A DNA stretch of 63,624 bases, the filler included, from Octopus bimaculoides (taxonomy: Eukaryota), in the NCBI RefSeq assembly GCF_001194135.2. It is 4 parts of 3 records of this genome, joined end to end, with 100 filler letters (N's around TTAATTAATTAA, not from the genome) between each part and the next. Parts side by side here need not be neighbours in the genome. Positions count along the whole stretch, not along the records: positions 28,625 to 45,414 come from NC_068988.1; positions 45,515 to 60,639 come from NC_068983.1; 2 more parts are not named here. One strand, written 5' to 3'. Below are positions 41,113 through 53,861 of the stretch, one piece after another (position 1 is the stretch's first letter; each line of letters begins with the position of its first letter). The notes under the pieces are model-generated. The model saw only the letters and a program-made list of their open reading frames with translations, was not told the DNA's origin and ran no database searches. A program made the position numbers and the translations under genes.

Positions 41113-43700
41113 AATTACAAATTCTCAAAACCTGAAACAACTAAACCTTCAAGCAAAAGGAATAACAGAACCTTATGAACTTAAAATACCAAGAATTATT
41201 CTTAAGGACCACAAACCTAACTTCGATACAAATCCAATTGTAAGACTTATGTCTATCTAAATCTGATCTTGGTAAAATTAGTAAATTTATATTAGATAAA
41301 TGCTTGTATATACCGAAACTTAGGAACATAATAAAGCTAAATCTTTGGTCTAGTTCATATGAAGTGATTAACTGGTTTACACAAATACAAAATAAAGAAA
41401 AAAACTGAATTTTTCCAGATAGATATTTCAAATTACTATGCTTCTATAAACTCAATACTACTTAGGGTGCTGATGCTTGCAAAGAAAAATTTGGAAATAA
41501 CTAGGGTTGAAACAGATGTTATTTTAGCGGCAAGAAAATCAATCATTAAATTTGAGAATAAATATTGGATTCGAAAATATAGACCGGATATGTTTGACAT
41601 AACAATGGACTCTATGGATTCAGTGCAGGTCACAGATTTAGTGGGAATTTATATATTATTTTGTCTAAATAAAGAATTCCCTGAAATAGCAGGAAGTTTA
41701 TAAAGAGATGATGCACTTTTTACAAAAGTAGAATGTTAGAAAAATATAGAAAGAAATTTTTTAAATTTTTTAGAAATATAGGCCTATCTATAATGATAAA
41801 AGATTAACATAATTCTGTTAATTTCTTAGATGTTACATTGGATATCAACAAAGGAATTTATAAACCATTTCATAAACCTAATGAAAACATAAAATATATA
41901 AACATTGAAAGTAATCATCCCAAATTGGTAACAAACTCACTAACAAAGAACATTTCAACAAGAATAATTAACTTATCAACCAATCAGAATATTTTCAAAC
42001 TAAATGAAGACTACTACAACTTAGCACTAAGGAAAGTAGGATATAAAGATAAAATAAAGTTTAATAAGTCAAGTAACGAATCTGATTTAAATAATTTTAA
42101 TAATGTAAATCTAAAATCTAGTACTATAAGTAAAACTACTTATAAGAAAAATAATAATGGAAATTTAAAATCAAATAGAGAAGTTAATAAAATAACAAGA
42201 GTAGGCGATTTTAATAGAGAAAATAATCAAATGAACAATTACAAAAATTCAAACAAAAGGAAAAATTATAAATATTTGTGCAAAAATATTGCACAAATTA
42301 TAGCAACACATAATGTAAAAGTAATATTGAAATTTCAAAAAAGCTATTATAATCAGAGTAGTGTAGTAAATATTCAGAATAATAATGTCAAATGGAATAA
42401 AAAAGAACTCAAATAGTAGAGAACGCTAGGAATTTAAAAGTCACTGAAAGGGAATAAACCCAATTTAACATAGTTAATAGCATAGAATCAAATAAAAACT
42501 CAGCTCAAAATAGATAATGTTGTTCTATATTTAAGAGATGAGGAATTATGTGCATTATTTACATTCAACGGATATTTGTTCGCATCTTGTTTGTTGTTAA
42601 CACAACATTTCGGCTGATATACCCTCCAACCTTCTTCATAGGATTTGTTCTTTTTATCTCAAGCTTCATGTCATCTGCATATTTCAACACTGCAAATATT
42701 TTTCAAGTTGGTATCTATGTCATTAATATATGCAGCAAACAACAGAAAGAGATTATAAAAAAACTATAAAGGCCTGGAGGGTATATCAGCCAATACGTTG
42801 TGTTAACAACAAACAAGATGAGGACAAATATCCATTGAATGTAAATAATGTAAATAATAAAATATATTGTTATCTGAAAGAAAATAGTAATAAAGAACTT
42901 GGTGGAAATGAATTTGATTGAATGATCAAAATAAAACTAAATCTGAGAGAAATTATCTTTGCAATTGTTCTAAATGGGAATCCTATTATATGAAAAATAA
43001 GTGTAAGACGAAAAATGTAGTGTATAGATGTAAAGTTACATCTGAGGATAATGAATACTTTTACATTGGTGCAACTTCACTAATTTTCAAGAGGAGACTG
43101 GCAAATCATTTGAGTTCATTTAGAGATAAAAATAAAAGATTCCAAACAAGTTTTAGTAAATTAATCTGGTCTATTAAAGACAGAAACAAAGACTATACTA
43201 TCAATTGGGAATTAATTTGTTCTGCAAAACCATACAGATCTGGAACTAAAAAATGAGACCTCTGTTTTGAAGAATTTTACCAAAAGTTTTACATCTAAGA
43301 GTAATATAATAAATTCTAGATAGGAACAAGCTTTGAGAAGCATGCACGAGGAAATTCACATTATAAATGAGTAATAAACATTTAAACAACAGAATGTTTT
43401 GAGATAATGGACTATAAGTGATTATCCACTCAAAACTTGAAGATAGTTCATATCTAAATTAATGTTCAACTCTACATCATACAATGCAGAGTAGATAAAC
43501 GAAAAACTTTAAACAGTTAAATCAATGGATATTAAAATAAAGACCCTGAAGAAACTGCACCGGTATTATAGTAGGGTTGCAATTGCAATGGTTACTAATC
43601 GATGCAGTTCAAACATGTGTAGGTCTATGTAAAGCTATATATATGCAAAAGAATTAAAGGTAATGCTATGCTACTTCATAATAATCATTATTATTATTAT
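41113..43700 (+). mobile_element. Decayed Penelope-like element (RT + GIY-YIG endonuclease + 3' pLTR), rearranged internally
   Basis: IVRLM..KSDLGK; MDSMDSVQVTDLVGIYIL..GSLYRDDA; FLDVTLD..YKPFHKPN..YINIESNHP; NVVYRC..YIGAT...KRRLANH (GIY-YIG); (TTA)n end. Confidence 0.9.
43541..43626 (+). ncRNA. Hammerhead-like motif in the Penelope 3' pLTR (G12 lost)
   Basis: agacc CTGAAGA aactgca-loop-tgcagtt c AAAC atgt GTA ggtct. Perfect 5-bp stem I, 7-bp stem II, palindromic ACATGT stem III. Confidence 0.7.
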
Positions 43701-43858
43701 TATTATTATTGATATATAAATATATGTATGTACACATAGACAAAGATGCATGCAGGCAGAAACATTTACAGTCAGTCACATGTAGACAAGCACAGAAAGG
43801 CAGCCACAGTCAGAGACAGCTACTTTTACATACACACACACACCTGTTATATACTCAC

Positions 43859-43975
43859 CTTAATTGTCTGATAAGATCCACTGTACAAATGGTTGTTGGT
43901 GGCCACCAGGGCACGAACCCAGTGGTTTAAACCTGTTATTTCTTTCTTCAGTTCATGTGTTTGGGCATCCCAGAC
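43859..43975 (-). CDS. TRAF7: TRAF7 coding exon (WD40), 117 nt, phase 0/0: [39 protein letters not shown]
   Basis: Close match to recalled human TRAF7 ([28 protein letters not shown]). Acceptor ttttttgttaag, donor AAG|gtgagt. Confidence 0.95.
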
Positions 43976-44580
43976 CTTAACAAAAAACAAGTAGAACAAT
44001 TCTTTTTTAAGGGTTAACATAAAAAAAGGAGTCAATTGCATGATTTAGTTAATTGCATTCAAAACACATAGTAGGGGGTACTGTCATGTATTGAACTTCT
44101 AATCAATATATAACAAATGCTGTACATTTGTTTAAATATTTAAAAATTGCCAGTCACATGGCATGCACGAGTTTTATGTGAACTTGTCCCTTTTTCTCTA
44201 TATGTTGCAATTAAATTAATCAGGGACAACAGTTGATTCAATCTCTACAGGATTACAGTTGATGTTGTTACCCCTTCTCATGTGTACTGCTGTTGGTTGA
44301 GCTTCTGCTATGGTGAGATAGAAATTTGCAGTTTACAACAATTTGATCCTTCTTTCTATACCTGTGCTTATGAAATAAGCAAATTAAAAAACTTGACAGG
44401 TACCATGGTGTGGGGTGGGAGTGGCATGTAATACAAGTGGTAGACAGGGAGAGTGGTGGCAGAGTGTGTTAGTGTGTTGGGGATGGGGAGTGACACCACA
44501 AGGCAATATCACCTTTATTGTTAGTTCTTTGATTATTTATTGTCATTTAGTATTTATATTTAACATTATAATATGATATA

Positions 44581-44790
44581 AGGTGGCAAGCAGGCAGAAT
44601 CGTTAACATGCCAGGCAAAATGTTTAGTAGCATTTCATTTGTCTCTACATTCTGATTTCAAACTCCACCGAGGTCAATGTTGCCTTTCATCTTCTCAGGG
44701 TCAATAAAACAAGTGCCAGTTGAACACTGGGGTAAATTTAATCAACTTAGCCCCTCCCGCAAGCCTTGTGCCAAAATTTGAAGCCAATAT
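44581..44790 (+). mobile_element. SINE family A copy, CpG-depleted
   Basis: ggtggcaagcaggcagaatcgttaacatgccaggcaaaatg ... gaggtcaatgttgcc ... agggtcaataaa. Confidence 0.85.
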
Positions 44791-44899
44791 TATATTTATA
44801 TTAAAATTTATATACTATTTATTGTCAATTATTCATTGCAAATCTTCATTTAAATAAAAACAATTACTTTTGATTTAGGTAGAAAACCAATATTTTTTA

Positions 44900-45095
44900 T
44901 AGTTAGGAGTTAATTGATTACATCAATCCCAGTTCTTGATCGGTACCTTATTTGATCAACCCCAGAAGGGTTTGATTCCTCCAGAGGGATGAAAGGCAAA
45001 GTTGACCTTGGTGGATTTGCACTTAGAACATACAGAGCCAGACAAAATGTTGCAAGGCACTTTTCTCATTGCTCTGATGACTCTGCTACTCCATC
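44900..45095 (-). mobile_element. SINE family A copy, CpG-depleted
   Basis: gatgaaaggcaaagttgaccttggtggatttgcacttagaacatac. Confidence 0.75.
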
Positions 45096-45102
45096 ACTTT
45101 AA

Positions 45103-45414
45103 TCATCATCATCATCATCATCATTGTTTAATGTCCGCTTTCCATGCTAGCATGGGTTGGATGATTTGACTGAGGACTGGTGAAACCGGATGGCTACACC
45201 AGGCTCCAATCTGATTTGGCAGAGTTTCTACAGCTGGATGCCCTTTCTAATACCAACCACTCTGAGAGTGTAGTGGGTGCTTTTACGTGCCACCTGCACG
45301 AAGGCCAGTCAGGCAGTACTGGCAACGATCTTGCTCGAAAGTCCGTTACACATGCCACGGGCACAAGTGCCAGAAAGGTGACGTTGGGCACAGGTGCCAT
45401 ACCGATTTCGCTTT
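45103..45414 (-). mobile_element. SINE family D copy with (GAT)n tail, cut by the spacer
   Basis: catcatcattgtttaatgtccgctttccatgctagcatgggttgg ... ggatgccctttctaataccaacc. Confidence 0.8.
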
Positions 45415-45514
45415 NNNNNNNNNNNNNNNNNNNNNNNNNNNNNNNNNNNNNNNNNNNNTTAATTAATTAANNNNNNNNNNNNNNNNNNNNNNNNNNNNNN
45501 NNNNNNNNNNNNNN
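45415..45514. other. Artificial contig/scaffold spacer
   Basis: Identical 44N-TTAATTAATTAA-44N cassette. Confidence 0.95.
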
Positions 45515-45563
<49 letters not shown>

Positions 45564-48371
45564 TTCCTCATACAAATGTATGCATGTTAGTATACATATA
45601 TGAGTGTTTGCGTATCTGTGTTTGCGCACCTTCGATTGATCGATGTAAACAATGTCTAGTACTTCGTAGATTTGGTGTAGATTCTGACCAACGTTGTTTT
45701 ACAATCTCTTACTATATTGTTCATATTTTTTTTAATGTACCTGCTTATATATGAGTTGTCCCTTTCTGCGGATAAGGATTACAGATACCAAACAGCCACA
45801 TATATTAAGCTTTATGTTATAAATATCAAAATATTTGTTCTGAATAATTTAATGGTGCACGCAGTTGTATTTAATCGTGATACTTTCACTTTATCCAAAG
45901 CATGAGGTTACTTTTGACTTATAATGCAATATGTTTGCTGAATTTTTATCGTTGCATAATTAACTGCATCAGTATATTCACATAAAACCAATCCAGAAAG
46001 AAAAAAATTCTCCTGATTCATTGATGTAGCAATTCTTTTGTGCAATAGTAATAAACTGATAATGTTTAGGTACGAGCACGTCATTATTTGTGAATAAATG
46101 AGGTATGGAGTACATCTAACTGCTAGCTGTTTGACTGAATTCTTCTTGTAAAATTCCCTATCAATAAGAAAGATATATTTCATTATTACATTGCACATAG
46201 CTTCTCTATAATTGATTCACACTGGTACAGTGGAAGCCTTTAACTTCAACAGCTCATTGTGATATGAAGTAGCACTGGAAGAACCAAAAGTATGAGCTTC
46301 TAACTAAAACATTACATAATCGTTCCGTGTTTTTGAAATAGCAGTAAAAAATGCTGCAAACCACAATATAGCTGAAGACACATGTGACAATCTAAATAAG
46401 AAAATAACCTACACCTGAGAAAATGATAATTTGACGACTACTGTGTTTAACTATCGATCTGCCCTCCAATGTTTCGCTTACAATCCAATCAACAACAGCA
46501 ACAACAAATTGTACATATCACAATATGTTCATGCGAACCAAAGTTGGAAATAAATGTTTCTCAGATCGTATGCCGCAGTATTAAAAGTGGTCAGGATAGT
46601 AATTTTGTTCTTGGATACGATGCGTCTAGGAAAATTAAGGAATAATTTAGGTTCGAATACTTTTGTCTGTAGAATCAGAATTGACTTTAGGTTAAGCAGC
46701 AATATCAACATAAGTCTGAAGTTGCAGGCCACTATAAAGATTAATACACCATTGAAAATATCCATTATTTCGTATGTAGTATGTACTATATTTCAATGTG
46801 AACGGTGTCATGGCATCTGCAAAGTCATGCCCATATTTCTTCACAAACTTTCACAATTATGGCGGGAAGCGACCATTGTATTCATTACAAACATCGCTGA
46901 GACCTTATCAATTCCCGTATTTCATTAATTTCAGATTATTTATATATCGATTTCTGTTTTGACATTGTGGCGCCACATTTTACATTTTCCGTGCGAAGTA
47001 TATATATATTGAAGACGTACATGATTCATGGAAATTTAATTATCCAAGGTTTGAAATGACACTTCAGAATAACTAAGATGAACCAAAATGTCTGCAATTT
47101 ATTTTTATGTTCATAAATGTATGTATGAATCTATCTATCTATACAATTACCTCTACACACATACACACACACACACACGTACACACACACACATACACAT
47201 GCACACACATACACAAATATATATTGTCAAACTGAGAGTGAAAGTCTGAATGGTAGAATATACCTCTGGAATATAGAGTATTGAAAATTAATCACTATCC
47301 TATAGTCATTGACAGTTTGCTTTAGAAAATATTTTGGAAAACGTAAAAATAATTCAGTAGAAGTAGAATTTAACATGACTACATAGGAATATATGAATGA
47401 AACGAACACATATTTCTATGTATTCTCTCTATACATGTGTTTGTGTGTGTGTGTTTGTGAGGATTTCTATCAATGCTCGGGAGTTTATGAATATACTGCT
47501 GCAGCTAGAGATACACACGCACACAGACATGTATGATGTTAGGCATTTAAAAATGTATCATATGACAGAAAAGGTTTAATATACCCAATCATATGAACCG
47601 AATCACGAATATATCACGTAGCTGGCGACGCTGCTACTGATTACGTGAAAGTTGTTTATGCAGATTTCGAAAAATAGACATTAATAATCACTTTAAACGA
47701 TATATTAACACGGTTGCCACAATGCAGTAATTTTCTCAAATCATTCCAAGTGTCTACATTATAAACATGGACATCTTTTGAGAAGTGAGTTTCATGGGAC
47801 ATGGTTCATCATCACACGGGTCGTGATACTAAATATATTCAAGGTACTTTTTCGTTAGACGTGACATTTAGAAAATTTCGTGAGCCGTGATTTGCCCATG
47901 ACTACTCTACAATCAACCAGCAGAATTATATGGTAGGTCACTCTCCGCAATACGACGTGCGGCTGTGCTTCCGTAAGAATACCGTAGACATTGTGAGTTT
48001 TCCTTTGATCCAGTGTTGAATAATTACATAGACACATACTCAACACACAGGTCTGTCAGTTTTTAATTCAATGTGTCCGTATCCACACTCACTCAATCCA
48101 ACATAATTGTTTAATTCTTCAACTTGAGTAAGCGCACGCACATCTCTGGGTATTGGGTATGTGTCAATGTAATTATCCAATTCTGGGTCTAAGGTAAACA
48201 CTGCCCCAATTACATGTACTTATTCAAGTGATCAATGATAACCTTATTTCCTTTCTAAATATAAATGGAAATATTGAGGTAGAATTCTCCAACTGCACCA
48301 AACAATTTGTAACTGATGTAGACTTAAAAACGAATACTTTATATATAACTACATAATATATGATGTCTCTT

Positions 48372-48582
48372 AGGGTGGCGATCTAGCAGAATCGTTAACA
48401 CGCTGGTCAAAATGCTGAACAAGAGGTCGTACGTCTTTACGTTCAAATTACATCAAGGTGGACTTAGCCATTTATTCTTTCGACATCGTTAGAATACGTA
48501 TTAGCTGAGCACTGAGCTCGATGTAATTGAGTTACTCTTTACCGGGTACTTGCTGGACTTGTGCCAAAATTTGAAACAAATA
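48372..48582 (+). mobile_element. SINE family A copy
   Basis: ggtggcgatctagcagaatcgttaacacgctggtcaaaatgc ... cttgtgccaaaatttgaaac. Confidence 0.75.
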
Positions 48583-48671
48583 CTTGTAATGTTAGTCATA
48601 CATATAAATACACATCTCTCTCTCACTCTCTCTCTCTCTTTCTCTCTGTGCACACACACACGTGCACCCCC

Positions 48672-48703
<32 letters not shown>

Positions 48704-49739
48704 NNNNNNNNNNNNNNNNNNNNNNNNNNNNNNNNNNNNNNNNNNNNNNNNNNNNNNNNNNNNNNNNNNNNNNNNNNNNNNNNNNNNNNNNNNNNNNNNN
48801 NNNNNNNNNNNNNNNNNNNNNNNNNNNNNNNNNNNNNNNNNNNNNNNNNNNNNNNNNNNNNNNNNNNNNNNNNNNNNNNNNNNNNNNNNNNNNNNNNNNN
48901 NNNNNNNNNNNNNNNNNNNNNNNNNNNNNNNNNNNNNNNNNNNNNNNNNNNNNNNNNNNNNNNNNNNNNNNNNNNNNNNNNNNNNNNNNNNNNNNNNNNN
49001 NTATATATATATATATATATATATTATATGGTCATTTACTCACAAAAACATACACTCACTTATATATTCATATGTTAATGTGGATGCTTGTATGTGTTTA
49101 CGTCTTCGTGAGTCCACACTTATTACAGTTGTGGATTGATTTGAATTAGATATAAGAAAATTTCAAGGCTTTTATTAATATCTAAGTGTAGCGTACTGAA
49201 AATGTAACAGTATTACGCACATGATGATTCTAAATGCTATAGCTAATTTAATTTTATATCAGAAATATTTATCTTCGTAATCGTAGAATAATTTCCGATT
49301 ATGAGCATATAGCACAATATGGTAGATAATTTGAGGGCGCATAAGGATATATCATTTTCGTCCTCACTGCACAAACAGTTCTCTACAATCCATCCACCTA
49401 ATTTGTACTGCTTGGTTTCGGCCTGAACTAATGGACTGGCACTGCTAAGACAGAAAAGCATTAACGTGATTCACTGAATGTCTTAGCATTCAATAATAAA
49501 GTAAATCCACTTTATCTATACATATACATACAAACTCAAACACACACACTCGCACACAACACACACGCATACACACACGCACACACACATACATACACAC
49601 ACACACATATATATGCATATACATTCATGTTATACATACATGCATACACATATATATGCACGCGCACCTACACACAGACATACCCAAACACACACGCACA
49701 CATATCTATCTATGTATCCATCTACATATACATATACAA

Positions 49740-49802
<63 letters not shown>

Positions 49803-50743
49803 TATTTACGCACACATGCGATTTCAATTATTTTCATGATCGTTCACGAGGAAAAAGCTCTTCCAATTCCTAGTAATTGAAAAAGGTTGTAATCATTTTA
49901 CTCACGTTTCGATACCTCGCGATTTGATTTATTAACCTCAATATTTATATCATTTTCCAGTTGAATTATAATATGGTAGTATCGGCTCTTATACAAGATC
50001 TCGACAATACGCGAAGTTGCTAACGGCTTCCTAATATACACTAATGCAAAGACACATATTTGAAAACTCATCAACAAACGACCCTTTACTTTGGCCGTTC
50101 AAGTTGCTAGAAATGTTAGCAAAGTCTTCTCCATATTAAACCCTATCAAATCACGAACACTTGGCTATGCAGCCCTACGATATACTAAATCGTAGAAAGT
50201 GCATTACTGGAAGGTATCATCGGTTGGTTCGTTCGAGGTAGATATTCTGCAAATGAACATCAGCAACCACGACGAACTAAAATTACTTCACCAAGTACAT
50301 CAACAGTAACTTTCACAAACATAAAAGAGACATAGCGATAACAATAGCAACATATTTAGCAATTATTAGCGTGTTCCGTAGATATCTAGCTCTTCAAAAC
50401 TTTTCTTTTGTGAATCTGATATGATGTGAGTTACATATGAATATTTGTTAAGTTTCAATGATCACCATATTTCGAAGTTAATCTATGCGCAAATATATTA
50501 CTGTTCGACACATACATACCCAATCACATAATTCCGTATACATATACATAAAAACGGTTTATAATTCAGACACAAGGCCAGTAATTTTCAGATGAACGTG
50601 TTCGCTCTACTTCACAATTAATTTCCCTCCTCGATCTCAGAGGTATGAAAAGTAACATTGACCCTAACAGGAATTTCGACTTAAAATGAAATGTACCTGA
50701 AGAAATACGGATGCTGGAAAGATTTTTCTAGGTTGGCACCTTA

Positions 50744-50809
<66 letters not shown>

Positions 50810-50846
50810 CAGTAGTAGTAGTAATAATAATAATAATAATAATAGT
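50744..50846. repeat. (AGT)n/(AAT)n microsatellite
   Basis: Directly visible. Confidence 0.9.
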
Positions 50847-50935
50847 ACAATTATTGCTAGAGATATGCACGCGCGCACGCGCGCGCANNNNNNNNNNAAT
50901 AATAGTACAATTATTGCTAGAGATATGCACGCGCG

Positions 50936-50998
<63 letters not shown>

Positions 50999-51059
50999 CC
51001 TCGCTAAGACTGAAATTTAGGATTTCTTAGTTTTCTGTGAATTGATTTTAATAAAACTT

Positions 51060-51404
51060 CTCTCAGCTGGTTTGCACACGATGGTAACACCATTGTTATG
51101 TTAACTCGAATGTGGAATCTAAAAACAGAAACAATTCCTATCATAGTAGGTGCCTTAGGTATAATAAAAAAATATTCAGACAAATACATAACAAAAACAC
51201 CAGGACTTACAAATATATATAACATACAGAAAATTGCACTACTGGGTACTGCACACATTCTACGCAAAGCACTTTCAATACAGTAAACATAAGAGCACCA
51301 CAGCAAACCACAGCACATACCCAAGGTGGACAGAGCTGCGCTCGGTAGTGAAGTAAAAGCACGTTATAAAAATAAAACTACTGAACAATAATAATAATAA
51401 TAAT
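51060..51404 (+). mobile_element. R4/Dong-like LINE 3' end with 3' UTR and (AAT)n tail
   Basis: TRMWNLKTETIPIIVGALGIIKK..IQKIALLGTAHILRKALSIQ*, then UTR and aataataat. Confidence 0.9.
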
Positions 51405-51615
51405 AATCCTCTCTATCATAGGCAGAAGGCCTGAAATTCGGAGGTTTTGGCGATTACAATGACACCAGCGCTCAAATGGTACTTATTTTACCGATTCCAA
51501 AATGATGGTAAGCAAAATTTATCCTGATAGAATTTAAGCTCAGAACATACAGTCTGACCAAATGACACTAAGCATCTTGTCCGCCGGGCTAAAATTCCTC
51601 CAACTCACCGCCTTG
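51405..51615 (-). mobile_element. SINE family A copy, tail-to-tail with the LINE
   Basis: aatcctctctatcataggcagaaggcctgaaatt ... ccgggctaaaattcctccaactcaccgcc. Confidence 0.75.
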
Positions 51616-51989
51616 ATAATAATACTACTAATAATAGTCATTATAAATGATATATGCGTAACATTGTTTATACATGTTTTCTATAATGTTCTAAAAATCT
51701 GTGTGACATTATTTTTCTATGTTAGAAGCGAAAGATGAAACACGCATTAATCATACTAACACCTAAATTAAATGAAATGGTTATTCAAAGAAATATTTGT
51801 GGGTTAGATTCTGTTAAGTTGATTACTCTGTTGTTGGGGGAGCCTTGCTCTTTTGCCTGTGAAATTTGAAAGCCACATCCATGGAAATCTTATCTGTATA
51901 CTGGCTACATCTATTGAATTAGGACATGGGCATCGAATGCATCAGGGAAGATAAACTAAGGAAATACTCATGAATGTATTTATGCTTCG

Positions 51990-52330
51990 GTGTCTTTTAG
52001 AAGCTGCGTTTCAGCCACATGTTCTCGGGTTCAGTCTTACTGTATGGGATTTTGGATAAGTATTTTCTACTATATGCCCAAGTAGAACCATTCTAATCGG
52101 TAACTTTGGTAGACGGAAACTATGTGGAAACCCGTCATGAATACATATATTTGGGTTTGTCGCTCTATTTATGTTTCTCTCTTTCACCGATTGACATACG
52201 ATGGTGGTTTGTTTACGTCCTCGTACCAGTGTGTTTCAGCAATGGACCGATAGAATTAGCAGCAGATTTAAAAAGGTAAGGACAGGGATTATTCTTTTTG
52301 CGAAGGTTAGTGTTCTAGCGTGGTTGCAAC
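51990..52330 (+). mobile_element. SINE family B copy (diverged)
   Basis: ccacatgttctcgggttcagtc ... ttggtagacggaaact ... acccgtc. Confidence 0.65.
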
Positions 52331-52349
52331 TCAATGAGAGGATAAAATA

Positions 52350-52432
<83 letters not shown>

Positions 52433-53256
52433 GTCTGCTTGTTTGATTGCGTGTGTGTGTGTCTCATGTGTGTGTGTGTGTGTTCACGTGCGCGTGCGTG
52501 TGTGCGTATTTATTTTTGTGAGCATATTTATTTTTAAAGGACGTTAAATTATTTATATATTCGGTATGAAATGTTTTATAAACCTGAAGGGGAAGTTTAA
52601 TTTGGTAAAACGAATTCCAGCATAATAACGTAATGTCTAATATTGTTCAAAAATCTCATAAATATTTGATATTATGCAATCCTGTCAACAACGATTTATC
52701 TCCGATATGAGAACAGTGTCTCACCTTTCCCGGTGCTGTAGTGGAAGAATATGGAGAAATCATTATAAATTAATAGTGATTTCATATACAAAATCTGAAT
52801 CTCATTCAAAGAGAAATCTTCAGTTACTAAGTGCTGATTTGTATAATATACACGGACATAGGTTCATATATTTGAACGTAAAGACAAAATATCGGCGTCT
52901 GAAGAGTTTTAATTTGCTCTGTATAAATTATGAATTTACCTTTTAATTATGAAGCAGAATGTTTAAAGTCGACTCAGAAATTCCGAGTGGTCGTGAATCA
53001 AGAAATCAGGCTCAAATTCTTTCCTCACATTTAACTAATCTATGTGTCTACTATAAAACTTTCTTTTAGTTTTAATTTATGCGAAGTGTCATAAATTCTA
53101 ACAAAGCAAAGCGATTTTAATGTTTTTGTTTTACTACTATGCTTAAGCCGAAAGTCTATGTCGCTGTGTGGATGTTTTATTCGTTTTATTGCTGTCTTTA
53201 TTTCTGTGTGTATGTGTGTTGGTGTGTGTGTATGTATGTGTGTTTGTGTGTACATA

Positions 53257-53650
53257 TCAGGTTGGTGCCTGGCGCAAATATGACCTCTAAAACCTGCAAT
53301 ATAAAAGGAGTCCAAAACTACAGCAAATTGCCTCGCCTGTTGCGCAAGATCACAAGGGGCGCATTCAGATCTCAAAGTAGAGGAGACCGTTCGAAAAATA
53401 TATTGCAGTTTCCACTTGGTTCTGGTAAAACCAGCAATAGGAATGCAATTGGTTCTGTGGGGTGTAGATTGGGAGCACAAAGGAAGCATGTCATGAAACC
53501 TGAATTTAGTTCAGGAGGGAATAAGCTTAAAGTTATGAGAAATCAAATGAAGCTTGCTTCTGATAGGACAATATGGAAGAAGTCCTTGAGAACTCTACCT
53601 GAAAGTCTCACTTAAGTGTAGCAGGCGGAGAAGATTGATGGATGGATAGA
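53257..53650 (+). mobile_element. Probable RTE/L2-type LINE C-terminal remnant
   Basis: KLASDRTIWKK resembles the LA.DR..WR LINE end and is followed by a (TGGA)n tail. Weak match. Confidence 0.4.
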
Positions 53651-53670
53651 CATATATATANNNNNNNNNN

Positions 53671-53729
<59 letters not shown>

Positions 53730-53861
53730 GTTTAGTGCACTGGTGGTCTAAGCGACCAGGTACGCTGAGTGAGTGCTGTAACGGTTTACCAGGGCTCCAA
53801 GCTCATGGCTGAGACGAGAGTTATGGAACCATTGTAGATTTCCGATATAGCGGATATACAG

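Noticed and set aside
46529-46790. GPCR TM7-like peptide (YEIMDIFNGVLIFIVACNF)
   Set aside because: Superficial resemblance only; stop immediately upstream, no splice acceptor and no other helices found.
47895-47995. Plus-strand exon ending ATT|gtgagt
   Set aside because: Good donor but short frame, no convincing acceptor and no recognisable protein.
49243-49461. TGF-beta-like C-terminus (GWIVENCLC)
   Set aside because: Lacks the other cystine-knot cysteines and the frame continues past the motif.
50841-50946. Direct repeat of about 48 bp
   Set aside because: The copies flank a 10-N gap; unmerged contig overlap.
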